Of a stretch of DNA of 38,024 nucleotides, positions 37,266-38,024 are shown piece by piece. The stretch's first letter is position 1; every line of letters begins with the position of its first letter. The position numbers and the translations under genes were made by a program. A model generated the notes under the pieces. The model ran no database searches. It saw nothing but the letters and a program-made list of their open reading frames with translations, and was not told the DNA's origin. The DNA comes from Chiloscyllium plagiosum (Eukaryota), in contig NC_057718.1 of the NCBI RefSeq assembly GCF_004010195.1, forward strand, positions 65,742,919 to 65,780,942, written 5' to 3'.

Positions 37266-37878
37266 GTGTGTTTGTGTATGTGTGTCTGTGTCTGTGTGAA
37301 GTAGTGTATCCATATCTGTGTGTATGTGTGTCTGTGTGTACCTGTGTCTCTCTGTGTGTCTGTGTTTGTGTGTAAGAGAGTGTGCATCCGTATCTGTGTG
37401 TATGTGTGTGTCTGTGTGTCTATGTCTGTAGCTGTGTGTGACCGTGTGTGACTCTGTGATTGACTGTGTCTGCGTGTAAGCGCGAGTGTGTGTGTGTGAG
37501 AGAGAGTGTGTTTGCGTGTGTGTCTGTATCCCTTTCTCTCTGTGTTTGTCTGTGTTGGTCTCTCTCTATCTGTGACTCTGTGTGCCTTTTCTCTGCCTGT
37601 TTGTGTGTCTCTTTCTGTCTATTCCACTCTGTATGTCTGTCTCTGCATCTCTCTCTTATCTTTCTGTGTGTGTGGCTCTCTCTCTCTGTGTCTGTGTGTC
37701 CCTATGTGTGTGTGTCTCTTTCTGTATCTCTCTTTCTGTGCGTGTCTCTCTCTGTGTCTATCTGTGTGTCCCTATGTGTGCATGTCTCTGTCTGTATCTC
37801 TCTTTCTGTGTGTGTGTGTCTCTCTCTCTGTCTGTGTGTGTGTCTCTGTCTGTATCTGTGTGTGTGTGTGTGTGTGTC
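37070..37878. repeat. Compound (TG)n/(TC)n microsatellite, about 800 bp
   Basis: Directly visible; it explains the low-complexity ORFs here. Confidence 0.95.
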
Positions 37879-37960
37879 GGTTTTCCGCGGTCAGGACTAA
37901 TGAAGGGGGAAATCACAGATGCAGAATGGAGAGAGAGAAAGAGAGACCCAGCGTTGTTAC

Positions 37961-38024
37961 CTTTCATAATGTTGTCTGACAGTGATGGGATCTTCGGACG
38001 TGGTGTGAATAGAGAGAGAGAGAG
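37961..38024 (-). other. Candidate first/upstream exon ending ATG AAA G/gtaaca
   Basis: Donor AAG/gtaac, ATG at 37967-37965, local CpG retention (ccgcgg, cggacg). The exon may extend beyond the window. Confidence 0.3.

Noticed and set aside
36975..37979. Cys/Val/His/Thr-rich ORFs
   Set aside because: Translation artefacts of dinucleotide repeats.
1..38024. CRISPR array or prokaryotic operon
   Set aside because: No regularly spaced repeats or dense ORFs; the content is vertebrate transposon DNA.

Overview
Eukaryotic, repeat-saturated genomic DNA. The repeat types point to a cartilaginous fish, probably a bamboo/carpet shark (inferred from HE1-type V-SINEs and HER1/CR1 LINEs sharing a 3' tail). 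Most ORF-track entries are decayed transposon fragments: many CR1 LINEs (ORF1 esterase, APE endonuclease, RT), three tRNA-derived SINE families, two degenerate Ty3/Gypsy internal regions back to back, a TA-flanked Tc1/mariner-type MITE, a probable solo LTR, and many Penelope-like element (PLE) pieces. No intact, identifiable host gene is present. A few short phase-compatible exon candidates lie on the minus strand at 35.2-38.0 kb. The most striking signal is about a dozen minimal hammerhead-ribozyme (HHR) motifs carried by short TSD-flanked PLE-derived elements. Two of these elements are near-perfect ~190-bp palindromes (16451-16646, 18802-18989) with one HHR motif on each strand around a 0-1 nt spacer. 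Other oddities are a 36-bp retro-insertion flanked by a 104-bp duplication and a CR1 insertion containing a ~390-bp inverted self-duplication. All calls are by eye, and boundaries of old repeats are approximate.
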